A DNA stretch of 64,000 bases from a virus. Taxonomy: Duplodnaviria > Heunggongvirae > Uroviricota > Caudoviricetes. The DNA lies in IMG/VR virus record IMGVR_UViG_2861079508_000001; one strand, 5' to 3'. The position numbers and the translations under genes are program-made. This document shows positions 13,600-22,124 of the stretch, in pieces (within the stretch, counting starts at the first letter, position 1; every line of letters starts with the position of its first letter). Under the pieces are notes generated by a model, which was not told the origin of the DNA, searched no databases, and worked only from the letters and a program-made list of their open reading frames with translations.

Positions 13600-14588
13600 T
13601 ACCTTTCGAATGGAAGAACAAACACTTCAAGGTCTTCAAGGAACGAACGGAAATTCAGCTCGTAGCACAGTTGCTCGAATGCTTTCACGTCACGATTGCC
13701 TTTGATTGTTTCGATTTCGGTAGGCGGAAACTTCGTCTCAATCAGGTTCATTAGCGTGATGTTTCTCTTGAACGCTTCGAGCATTCGACAGCCTGTTTTC
13801 TCGTTGAAGGCATTCTTCGCTAGTTTGTTGAAGGCGGTCTTATGGCGTCCTTTGTCAACCACGATTGAGCCGTCGTTGATGCCGCGTACCATCGTTGCGA
13901 CACTTCCCCATTCATGCAGCAGCTCTTTCGCACCGCCAGCACCAATGCCACCAACACCGCTAATGTTGTCCGATTTATCGCCTTGTAATGCTTTTGCTTC
14001 CAAAAATGCGCGAGGAGTAGCGAATCCTGTCAGCTCCGCAAATTGCTCAAAATTAACCTGCTTGTTTTTGGCGTCTTCGCGCAGGCTTACCCAGCTTACG
14101 TTTTCGCGAACTAACTGAAGCCAGTCGCTATCGCCTGTTAACAGATAGATGTGTTCAACGATTGGCTGCGGTGCAATGCTGGCTACCAGCAGCCCGGCCA
14201 GATCATCCGCTTCTGCATCTTTTGCAATGAGTTGGGTAACTCCAAGCGCGGTCATCATTTTGAGGATGTATGGCTTCTGGATAGCAAAGCCTTCCTTCAT
14301 CTTTTTCATATCAGGATCGTCGTCGCGATTTGCTTTGTAGTCCGGGTAAAAGTCGCGACGCTTGTCACTAAATCCATCCCAAAGAATCATAGGTCGGGCA
14401 TGGAGGATGGAGGCATAACGACGGACGTTCTTAACAAAGCCGAAAGCAGCCTGTACTTCCATTTCGCCGTTGTGCAATTTGTCAGATTGTTGGTGGTAAT
14501 AACCCAGGCTATTGCCATCTACGAAGAGATAATTCACCGGTACATTCCTTCCAAAAAGTAAGGCGTCCGTAGACGCCTTACTGGTCAC
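13593..14588 (-). CDS. 5'-3' exonuclease / flap endonuclease (T5 D15 / T4 RNase H-like); real start probably downstream of track start
   Basis: NYLFVDGNSLGYY N-terminal, LLTGDSDWLQL and GDKSDNISGVGGIGAGGAKEL helix-hairpin-helix motifs. Confidence 0.8.
   Translation of the reverse strand: MTSKASTDALLFGRNVPVNYLFVDGNSLGYYHQQSDKLHNGEMEVQAAFGFVKNVRRYASILHARPMILWDGFSDKRRDFYPDYKANRDDDPDMKKMKEGFAIQKPYILKMMTALGVTQLIAKDAEADDLAGLLVASIAPQPIVEHIYLLTGDSDWLQLVRENVSWVSLREDAKNKQVNFEQFAELTGFATPRAFLEAKALQGDKSDNISGVGGIGAGGAKELLHEWGSVATMVRGINDGSIVVDKGRHKTAFNKLAKNAFNEKTGCRMLEAFKRNITLMNLIETKFPPTEIETIKGNRDVKAFEQLCYELNFRSFLEDLEVFVLPFERYC
14551..14580 (-). terminator. intrinsic terminator after SSB gene (stem TAAGGCGTC-cgta-GACGCCTTA, then CTTTTTGG on the minus strand)
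   Basis: read directly; lies inside the over-extended 5' end of the track exonuclease ORF. Confidence 0.55.
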
Positions 14589-14597
14589 GTAATGGGA

Positions 14598-15626
14598 TTA
14601 CAGAGAGTCCAGCTCTCTCAGTAGGTCATCCAGACCTTCATCTTCCGTCGCAGATGCGGCTGCTACAGATGTCGCTGCGACTGCTTCAGACTCTTTGACT
14701 GATACTGCAACGGCAGCGGGACTTGCTTCTGGTTTAAATTCAGTTTCAACGGCACGGAGGATTTCTTCATCAACCAGACTGGTTGGTTCAGAAGCTGGGG
14801 TATGAGCGGTAGCTACAGCAGTCGCACCCTCCGTATGACCAGTGACAGAGCCAAATCCAGGTAGTGCCGCAGCCGATGTTTTCGCGGTTGAGGAAATTGC
14901 TGGTGCAGATGCTGCGGCAGTTGGTGCAGCGATGCCAATCAGACGACCCATAGTGCGAACTGTCGACAGAAGACGAGTTTCATCAGCCTGATTTGCGTAT
15001 GCGATCAGATCATGCTGGGTGTTCCAGAATTTATCTTCGATATCGCCTTTGTAGACTTTACGCTTAGGCGAGACGTCATATTTGGTATCGCGACCAGAGC
15101 CAGTACGTTTAATCAGGAATGCGTAGCCTTCCTCTTTGCTCAGTGGATTGCCGATATCATCAGCGATGTCTTCGGTGATTGCTTTGCAGATATCATCGAA
15201 TACAGTAGACGGCAGCTCGATTAACTGGCATTTCTCAGCATCTGCGAAATCCTCACGAGCAGAAAGAATGCCGTTGACCAGGTAGCGAGGAGTGGCACGC
15301 ATTTGACCGATGCGTTCTTCCATTGCTTTGTTACCCTTGTGACGAGCGCGACCTTCCATCACCATTTCGCATAGCTGACAAGCGCGACCGTGAGTATGTT
15401 GCTCACAAATATAAGCGTTGGTTGCTTCTTTACCTTCCTCGTTCTGATACTTAACGTAGTGCATACCGAAAGTCTGGAAGAACTTACCGTTTGGGTCGTC
15501 TTTATTCGGGAAGATGCGGATATAGTTGACGCCGTCTTTTAAGCGAGTCAGATCAACGTTGTTACCACGTTTGGCGGCAATGTCTTCACGAGTTTTGTTA
15601 AGCAAATCAAGTAATGTCTTAGACAT
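14598..15626 (-). CDS. single-stranded DNA-binding protein, T4 gp32-like
   Basis: GVNYIRIFPNKDDPNG and zinc-site-like CEQHTHGRACQLC resemble gp32; Ala/Ser-rich linker; acidic C-terminus EDEGLDDLLRELDSL. Confidence 0.55.
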   Translation of the reverse strand: MSKTLLDLLNKTREDIAAKRGNNVDLTRLKDGVNYIRIFPNKDDPNGKFFQTFGMHYVKYQNEEGKEATNAYICEQHTHGRACQLCEMVMEGRARHKGNKAMEERIGQMRATPRYLVNGILSAREDFADAEKCQLIELPSTVFDDICKAITEDIADDIGNPLSKEEGYAFLIKRTGSGRDTKYDVSPKRKVYKGDIEDKFWNTQHDLIAYANQADETRLLSTVRTMGRLIGIAAPTAAASAPAISSTAKTSAAALPGFGSVTGHTEGATAVATAHTPASEPTSLVDEEILRAVETEFKPEASPAAVAVSVKESEAVAATSVAAASATEDEGLDDLLRELDSL

Positions 15627-15709
15627 GTGTTTCTCCTTGTTGTGATTTGGCCGATGGCGCTATGCGCGTTGGGCTTTCGTTCATTCGTGGCTCTTTCGAG
15701 CTGTTAAAT

Positions 15710-15738
15710 GATAGATCAGTACTTACTTATTATCTATC
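15710..15738. promoter_or_regulatory. motif B upstream of SSB gene
   Basis: GATAGATCAGTACTTACTTATTATCTATC. Confidence 0.4.
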
Positions 15739-15743
15739 AAAAA

Positions 15744-16199
15744 TCAACGGGGAGTAATAAAGCGTTCAGAGCCTAATCGCTCTAATTCAACGATGGCCAT
15801 CTTTGACGCCTGAACGATCATGTCTCGGCGATGCGAAAAGGCGGCGACAGCATGTTTGTATATGTCTGCGATGTGCCGTGCTTCATCCAACTTCTGCCTT
15901 TTAGACAGATACTGTGGGTTTGTTTTAACCTTAGCGTCCAGTACAGATTCGTTGAACTTAATGCCGTTCATACTCAAGTTCTTACGCTCTGTGTCGTATA
16001 GCTTTGCTTCAACAGCTTCAAGGTTAAGTTTTGCCTCTGCGACACTTCTTTCTGCATGAGCGAGTTTTGAGCCATACTCCATTAAAAGGCGGGGTTGTCT
16101 ACGCCAGACTTCCTCCAGATTGTCTCGGTCAAACTCGAGATCAGACATTATTTTCTCGTAAATATCGGCGATCATGCACATTTCCTTATCACTTATCAT
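15744..16199 (-). CDS. hypothetical protein (151 aa, predicted helical)
   Basis: ORF in replication module; no motif recognised. Confidence 0.4.
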   Translation of the reverse strand: MISDKEMCMIADIYEKIMSDLEFDRDNLEEVWRRQPRLLMEYGSKLAHAERSVAEAKLNLEAVEAKLYDTERKNLSMNGIKFNESVLDAKVKTNPQYLSKRQKLDEARHIADIYKHAVAAFSHRRDMIVQASKMAIVELERLGSERFITPR

Positions 16200-16300
16200 T
16201 TTGTATTGATTATATCATTGTAATGATGAGGCAATGAGCTTGAAGATAGGGGGGTGAGGGGATAAGGGAAAACATGGCCTTTATGGCCATGTTTATTGGA

Positions 16301-17470
16301 TCACGTCTTAATAGTTTCTGCTACGTCGGCTAATATCGCTTCTAGTCGTTCTCCCTCTTCAGGTCTGAAGTAAAGAATGTTGGGGTTAAACCCGTAAAAG
16401 ACAGTAACGTCAAGGTCTGGAAGATACTCCTTCCTGCCGACCAAATCGGATGGCTTGTTTTTGTTGTTAAACAATGAAGTTGCCCGGCTGCCACACGTCA
16501 GCACATAGGTCGGACGCACCAGATTGATCTCTTCACGCATAAAGTCGGTGAACTGGCCGATCTCGTCTTTGGTGTAGTCTTTTTCTTTGTCTTTAACCTT
16601 CTTGCAAACACCTGTGACATAGAGATCGCCCATGCGTAAATCTCCAGCCGTCAATAGCTTGGCCTTAAAGTCGTCGTATCCGTTCTCCATAAAGTAACCG
16701 GTTCGAGCATCATTGCCGTTCGCATTGTCCAGAATGATCATGATTTTCGGCTTAATACCAATGCTGGGGCGGATTAGTTCATCACCTAAGCCCATTTCAG
16801 CCGCCATCCGCGTCATGAGTACGTTAATTTCAGCCGAACGTTTGGGGTTCATCTCAAACGGACGTGAGGCTTTAACTGCGTCTATGACAAGGTTTCCCAT
16901 CAATTCAGCCTGGTCGCGTAGGCGCTCTGGATCAGTTGCTGGCAGACTGCCTGGCTCGATGGATGCAAACGCCCCTACTTTTTGCAGCGATTCGCGCACT
17001 CGACTATTACAGGCACGTTTCTCGACAGCTTCTTCGAATTGCGCCAGTGACTCGAATTTGCCGCCAACTTTTTCTCGCGCTCTCATGATGGCTTGGCAGC
17101 CATTCTCAGAACACCCCTTCACAGCAGAGAAGGGCGCATACAGCACCTGGCTGCCATCTTCAAGCGTGCGGATCTCGATTCGGTTAGATGACACGTTAAC
17201 GTCTGGTGGCAATACGCGAATGCCATAGGTCAGCGCATCTTTAACCAGCCCCTGGTGTTTATCTTCGCCAAGAATAGTGAGAGCAGCAGCGAAAAACTCT
17301 GCGGGATAATGAGTTTTCAACCACATAGATTGATAACTGATTAAGGAGTAAGCAACAGAGTGTGATTTGTTGAAGGCATACGCGCCGGATTTCTCAAACA
17401 TATTCCAGATTTCTTCGGCTCGTTCGTGCGTCAGGCCATTGCTCTCTTCGACAACACCGGTAATTTTCAT
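16301..17470 (-). CDS. dnaE: DNA polymerase III alpha (DnaE) C-terminal fragment
   Basis: starts at the conserved FNKSHSVAYSLISYQSMWLKTHYPAEFFAA region; ATG overlaps HNH stop (ATGA). Confidence 0.8.
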   Translation of the reverse strand: MKITGVVEESNGLTHERAEEIWNMFEKSGAYAFNKSHSVAYSLISYQSMWLKTHYPAEFFAAALTILGEDKHQGLVKDALTYGIRVLPPDVNVSSNRIEIRTLEDGSQVLYAPFSAVKGCSENGCQAIMRAREKVGGKFESLAQFEEAVEKRACNSRVRESLQKVGAFASIEPGSLPATDPERLRDQAELMGNLVIDAVKASRPFEMNPKRSAEINVLMTRMAAEMGLGDELIRPSIGIKPKIMIILDNANGNDARTGYFMENGYDDFKAKLLTAGDLRMGDLYVTGVCKKVKDKEKDYTKDEIGQFTDFMREEINLVRPTYVLTCGSRATSLFNNKNKPSDLVGRKEYLPDLDVTVFYGFNPNILYFRPEEGERLEAILADVAETIKT

Positions 17471-18201
17471 GCAGTCACCTCATCAATCTTCACGAACTCA
17501 TACCCATTGGAGGCCAGCCAGTTCCGTTGGCGCTCCCAGCTCCATATCTCTTCACGCATTTCACTATGCAGGCGAATGTGGGCGTCTTCTGGAAGTGCTA
17601 CAAGATTCCCAGGGGCGTTATCTATCGTATCGCGGTTAATATGGTGGACATGTTCATCGTCACGTAGCTCCCGACCGAGACGTTCTTTCGCTATCAATCG
17701 ATGAACGTATTCGTATTGCGAAACGCCATTGTTACCAACCAGCTGCATCATGTAGCCGTTGGTTTTTACGATGATGCCACCTTTGTAGTTGTTCGCTTCT
17801 TCTCCGATCTTTCCGCGTTTGGCAGCCGCCAGCTTTTCCTTCGTCTCCGCGCGGATTGTTCTGCCGGTTAGCTTTTTCGAAACGGTAGCCACTCGCTCAT
17901 CGATATCAGCACGCAGACCGGCATTCCACGAGGTTTTCCCATACATAGGGTTGCCAGTGCCAGTCCGGGCTTCGGAGAGACGCTTCATACGTTCGTCATT
18001 ATTTTTGTTTTTGCCACGATTCCAGGCTGGGGTAGCGGAGATCCGCGCGCTTCCGCGCCTGATCCCCCATTTGGCTAATAAGCGGTCAATATTTGCCTTG
18101 CTGCAACCAGCTTCGGCGGCAATGTCTTCTTTTCTCATCAGGTCAACCATGTAACGCTGACGTAACCATTCTTCTGTGATTTTGTACTTCGTACTCGGCA
18201 T
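17467..18201 (-). CDS. HNH homing endonuclease, free-standing, inserted within dnaE
   Basis: C-terminal HNH motif EHVHHINRDTIDNAPGNLVALPEDAHIRLH; N-terminal helix-turn-helix-like and NUMOD-like segments. Confidence 0.8.
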   Translation of the reverse strand: MPSTKYKITEEWLRQRYMVDLMRKEDIAAEAGCSKANIDRLLAKWGIRRGSARISATPAWNRGKNKNNDERMKRLSEARTGTGNPMYGKTSWNAGLRADIDERVATVSKKLTGRTIRAETKEKLAAAKRGKIGEEANNYKGGIIVKTNGYMMQLVGNNGVSQYEYVHRLIAKERLGRELRDDEHVHHINRDTIDNAPGNLVALPEDAHIRLHSEMREEIWSWERQRNWLASNGYEFVKIDEVTA

Positions 18202-18215
18202 TTCTAAGACTCACT

Positions 18216-18232
18216 AAACAAATTGTTTTCTT
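18216..18232. promoter_or_regulatory. motif A (AAACAAATTGTTTTCT) upstream of HNH / dnaE-C operon
   Basis: near-palindrome 15-30 bp upstream of start codon. Confidence 0.4.
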
Positions 18233-18249
18233 ATCTTATAAATTAATTC

Positions 18250-20613
18250 TCAAATATCGAAGCTCGTTATGTCGGCATTTATTGCCATTGCTTCGGCATA
18301 AGTGCGACGCTCACCATCAGCACAAAGTAGGCGTGCTGCTTTATGGATTTTTCTCGTAGAACCATCATCCAGTGACACTGTCACCCAGCCTTCCTCCGCT
18401 CGCTTAATGAAGTCGCCGCCAATGGATTTCATTTTCTCCATATCTTTTTTCCCGATCGCTTTCCTGACCGAGTCTGCTTCCGCCATTGAGAACCCCGCCA
18501 AGATTCGCGTAGCAGCCATGATCTGTTCCTGATAAATCAGAACTCCGTTTGTGTCGCGAGAGATGTCGTCCAGCATTGGGTGTAAGGAATGTGGGGCCAT
18601 GAAGCCTTTGGCCACGGACACATAATCGTCCAACATGCCGGATTGAATCGGGCCAGGTCGGAAGAGCGCAGTTGTAGCGACGACCGTTTTAAAGCTCATT
18701 GGCTCAATTCCACCACCTAAATCTTTAAGCAGCTTGCGCATTGGGCCTGATTCAAGCTGGAATACGCCCTGTGTATACCCTGCAGCAAAACCATCCAGCA
18801 CCTTGCGATCTTCAAGAGAAATGGCATCAAGATTGATATCTTCACCTGTGTTCTCTTTTATGTAGCGTTTTGCACTATCGAGCAAATCGAGAGTTGCCAG
18901 GCCAAGCACGTCCAGCTTAATTAGGCCCATAGCCTCGCAGTAACGCTTGTCAAATGCGATACAACGCGCGTCACCACGGCGTTCAACCGGTGTACGTTCT
19001 GTCAGAGGAACACCTGCTACGATCATCCCTGCCGCATGTCTACCAAAGCCACGCATAAGGCTTTGTAACTTGCAGGCTGCATTGAATGCATCAGGATATT
19101 TTGTTGCGTATTTGTCGAGACTTGCCAGTTGTTCGCGCAGCTCTTCCAATGGAAGGCTATCATCCTCGACGTTCTTCAGTTCTTTTGATACCGCCATATC
19201 TGCGGACTCCACACCATAAATACGAGCGGTGTCACGTAGTGCAGAGGCTGCGCCCAGGTAGGTGAAGTTCGGAATGCCTGCAACGTAATCTTCGCCGTAG
19301 CGTTCATTCAGATACTCGATCACCTCATGGCGACGTGCCTGGCTGAAGTCCAAGTCCGCATCCGGCAAGTCGAGACGCTCAGGGTTGATGAAACGCTCAA
19401 ACAGAAGACCGTGACGGATTGGGTCGACGTTGGTTATGCCTATGCACCACGCCACCAGAGAACCGGCAGAGGAACCACGACCAGGCCCGACAGGAATGCC
19501 AGTTTCACGGCTGTGATTCATCAGATCGCGTACCATCAGGAAGTAACCACAAAATCCCAGGCGAGTAAGCGTGTCCATTTCGTACTTAAGTCGCTCAACA
19601 TAAACCCTGTTCTCAGAAGCAGGTGGTGTGTATCCAAACTCTTTTGTGGTAAGACGTTTACGCAGCCCTGCAACAGCCAGTTTCATCAGCGTTGCAGGTT
19701 CGTCGTCTGCCATCTTGGGCAGTGCTGGTGGCAATTCATGCCAGCGCCATGTGCAGGCATCGATAATGGAGTCCTGCGTTGTTGAGGCCATTGCAGCTGT
19801 TACCGGCACATCCATGCGAACGGAGAAGGCTTTAAGCGCCTCAAGGAGATGGCGACGACCATTGATGGCGTTATCTCGCTGGTGGGGGATACGCAGACGA
19901 TGCGGCTGGTCGATTTTTATGTTGTTCGTAACCATGTGCGCAATGTCTTTAATGTCTGCATCGTCGATCGATTCGTAATAAGCGGGATAGAACGCTACTG
20001 GCTCTATTTTCAGTGCGCTGGCGACTTTCATCGCCCGGACGTTAATCTGGTCGTAGAATGGGGTAGGGTGCGGATAAACCACACTATAGAAGTTGTCTTT
20101 TCCACCCGCTGTAATCAGTGTGCTTATGATTTTTGCAAAATCGTTGCGTTGGAACACGCTACCGATGTCGGAAGTAAGCAGGATGATGTTGCCTTTGGCA
20201 TATGTAGAAACCAACTGTTCGAGCGAGAGACGCGGTACAAAGTAGAACTGTTCTCGTGTGTTGGCCGCCGTCATTAGTTCGCAGATGTCGCGATATCCTT
20301 TCTCATTTTTAATTAGAGCGGTAAACGAGTAGTTACGTCCTCGCTCTAATGATTCCATACATCTCATAGATTCTTTAGCAAGTTTAGCCCGGTGCTCGTA
20401 TGTGGGATCATCAACAATGTTTAGTTTCACACCACAAATAACCGCCATGTCGTCACCAGCGGCACGTTGTAGTGGAATAACGCTCGCAATATTCATGCTA
20501 TCTGCTGAAATTACAGCGGTGTAGCCAGCTTCTCTGGCAATCTTCACCGCGTTTTCTGCTTTTAGAGCCGACTCCCCAAGTGAGAAGTCAGTTCGAACCA
20601 TCAGTGCCTTCAT
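18250..20613 (-). CDS. dnaE: DNA polymerase III alpha (DnaE) N-terminal fragment (PHP domain plus polymerase core)
   Basis: 787 aa; GRGSSAGSLVAWCIGITNVDPIRHGLLFERFINPERLDLPDADLDF and FQLES...LFRPGP...YQEQIM match the DnaE core; last ~45 aa have no DnaE counterpart. Confidence 0.85.
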   Translation of the reverse strand: MKALMVRTDFSLGESALKAENAVKIAREAGYTAVISADSMNIASVIPLQRAAGDDMAVICGVKLNIVDDPTYEHRAKLAKESMRCMESLERGRNYSFTALIKNEKGYRDICELMTAANTREQFYFVPRLSLEQLVSTYAKGNIILLTSDIGSVFQRNDFAKIISTLITAGGKDNFYSVVYPHPTPFYDQINVRAMKVASALKIEPVAFYPAYYESIDDADIKDIAHMVTNNIKIDQPHRLRIPHQRDNAINGRRHLLEALKAFSVRMDVPVTAAMASTTQDSIIDACTWRWHELPPALPKMADDEPATLMKLAVAGLRKRLTTKEFGYTPPASENRVYVERLKYEMDTLTRLGFCGYFLMVRDLMNHSRETGIPVGPGRGSSAGSLVAWCIGITNVDPIRHGLLFERFINPERLDLPDADLDFSQARRHEVIEYLNERYGEDYVAGIPNFTYLGAASALRDTARIYGVESADMAVSKELKNVEDDSLPLEELREQLASLDKYATKYPDAFNAACKLQSLMRGFGRHAAGMIVAGVPLTERTPVERRGDARCIAFDKRYCEAMGLIKLDVLGLATLDLLDSAKRYIKENTGEDINLDAISLEDRKVLDGFAAGYTQGVFQLESGPMRKLLKDLGGGIEPMSFKTVVATTALFRPGPIQSGMLDDYVSVAKGFMAPHSLHPMLDDISRDTNGVLIYQEQIMAATRILAGFSMAEADSVRKAIGKKDMEKMKSIGGDFIKRAEEGWVTVSLDDGSTRKIHKAARLLCADGERRTYAEAMAINADITSFDI

Positions 20614-20791
20614 GTGTTTTTACCTTTCTGGTTTTTTTGATTTTGTCATTGGGGAAGCCTACGAACTTCCCATGCATCGAAATCGCAACTTCTTTTGCTG
20701 ATTGGTGACAATCGGGCTTGTCTGGACACACCAGACAAGCCTTACCTGTTTCAGAAGCAGCGATAAGAGAGCCGAAACATCCTTTACGCAC
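20588..20791 (-). CDS. small Cys-rich hypothetical protein (67 aa)
   Basis: CLVCPDKPDCH zinc-ribbon-like cluster; overlaps dnaE start by 26 bp. Confidence 0.3.
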   Translation of the reverse strand: MRKGCFGSLIAASETGKACLVCPDKPDCHQSAKEVAISMHGKFVGFPNDKIKKTRKVKTHEGTDGSN

Positions 20792-20793
20792 GA

Positions 20794-22029
20794 TTAACCA
20801 AATATTTTTTGAACAACTTCACGAGCCGCTTGTGCAGAAGCTGAAGGGAGTTTGTTAATGAAAGAACGCTCAATACCTGTCACAAAGTCGCCTCGCATCA
20901 TTCCAATCTTGGCTGACAACAAAAGTTCACGAGGGCCAATTGGCTGACTAATAAGGTGTTCTTCGTATCCATCGCGAACGATACCGGCAAACTTAACCAT
21001 CTTTTCAGCGTATTCATCCACGATGCCTGCATTTGTCAACATGTTGATCTCTGCGTCTTTGCTCATGTATTTCACATTCGAAACGATGCCAAAACGCGAA
21101 AAGTTCGCGGCGTTCTGGATGTTTGTACCCTGGTACAAGCCGGTTTCATCACCAGATCCGTTCGTGTTGCCAGTGCCAATGAAAGCAAACCGTTCATGCG
21201 GAGTAATGCGACGCCATTCTGGAGTTGCCTCTTTGATGACCAACGCTTCACCTTCCAGCACTGGCTGATACACGCCAAGAATTTGTGGAAACGCAAAGTC
21301 GTATTCATCCGCGAGGTAAACCCAGCCATGCTTCATTGCGAGCGCAAGCAAGCCAGGTTCGAAATACGTAGAGCCATCACGCGCCAGAATTTGCCCCGTA
21401 ACATGTGCCTCTTCCATTGATGCTGTATGTTGGGCACGGATCAACGGACGATTGAGCAAAGCACATAGCTGTGTAGGCAATGACGATTTGCCTGTTCCTG
21501 CATGACCCCACAAATAGCCAGGTATGCCAAGTTCAAGCATCATGAAAATATCTTTGATCAGTTCGAAGTCGCCATATACGTAGCCCTTCTTCACTTCTGG
21601 AACGAACTCTGGATACGGCGTATTGACGTTGACGCTAACCATGAGCGGCGTCCCACGTTTTGTTCCGAGTTCTTCCACCGTTACGTTTAGCAGTTCGTGA
21701 GCTGCGACCAGATCTGTCTTGTACTCAACTGTGCCTGTGTAGCCAGGGCTACTGGTCAAGACAGAAGATTTGGCCATTTCGCTTTTTTGCTCGGCACGTT
21801 TAGCTTGAATTGCATCAAGTGCCTTTTTCGATAGCGTTGGTTCATCTGGAAACTGCGTTGTGTACATTTTCAGTACGGTGTCAGGATCGGCATCTTTTAC
21901 TGACTCAGGAATGCCCTCGCAATTACCATTGGCTACATGGGACTTAAAATAGTGAAATGATTTGCCGCACCACTTGCAAACAAGGTAATCAGAAGGATTT
22001 TTTTCATTTTGCAGTGCAGTAGTCGTCAT
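20794..22029 (-). CDS. CobS-like MoxR-family AAA+ ATPase
   Basis: 411 aa; Walker A LWGHAGTGKSSL; paired with a downstream VWA protein as in pHCM2-type phage-plasmids. Confidence 0.7.
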   Translation of the reverse strand: MTTTALQNEKNPSDYLVCKWCGKSFHYFKSHVANGNCEGIPESVKDADPDTVLKMYTTQFPDEPTLSKKALDAIQAKRAEQKSEMAKSSVLTSSPGYTGTVEYKTDLVAAHELLNVTVEELGTKRGTPLMVSVNVNTPYPEFVPEVKKGYVYGDFELIKDIFMMLELGIPGYLWGHAGTGKSSLPTQLCALLNRPLIRAQHTASMEEAHVTGQILARDGSTYFEPGLLALAMKHGWVYLADEYDFAFPQILGVYQPVLEGEALVIKEATPEWRRITPHERFAFIGTGNTNGSGDETGLYQGTNIQNAANFSRFGIVSNVKYMSKDAEINMLTNAGIVDEYAEKMVKFAGIVRDGYEEHLISQPIGPRELLLSAKIGMMRGDFVTGIERSFINKLPSASAQAAREVVQKIFG

Positions 22030-22090
22030 GCGTTTTTCCTTTGTTCTCTAATGAGCGTTCAACTTCTTATATAAATATATCATTATATAT

Positions 22091-22109
22091 CGTAAGTGGT
22101 TACTTATCG
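22091..22109. promoter_or_regulatory. motif B upstream of cobS-like gene
   Basis: CGTAAGTGGTTACTTATCG. Confidence 0.4.
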
Positions 22110-22124
22110 TTAAGGCTGTTTTGT

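Noticed and set aside
16713-20277. Plus-strand ORFs (90-171 aa) inside the dnaE fragments
   Set aside because: Antisense to the dnaE coding sequence; Ser/Arg-rich, no start context.
16301-20613. Intein within DnaE
   Set aside because: The HNH ORF is in a different frame with its own start and stop, and the DnaE N-terminal fragment ends in a stop codon; not an in-frame intein. Split gene or intron remains open.
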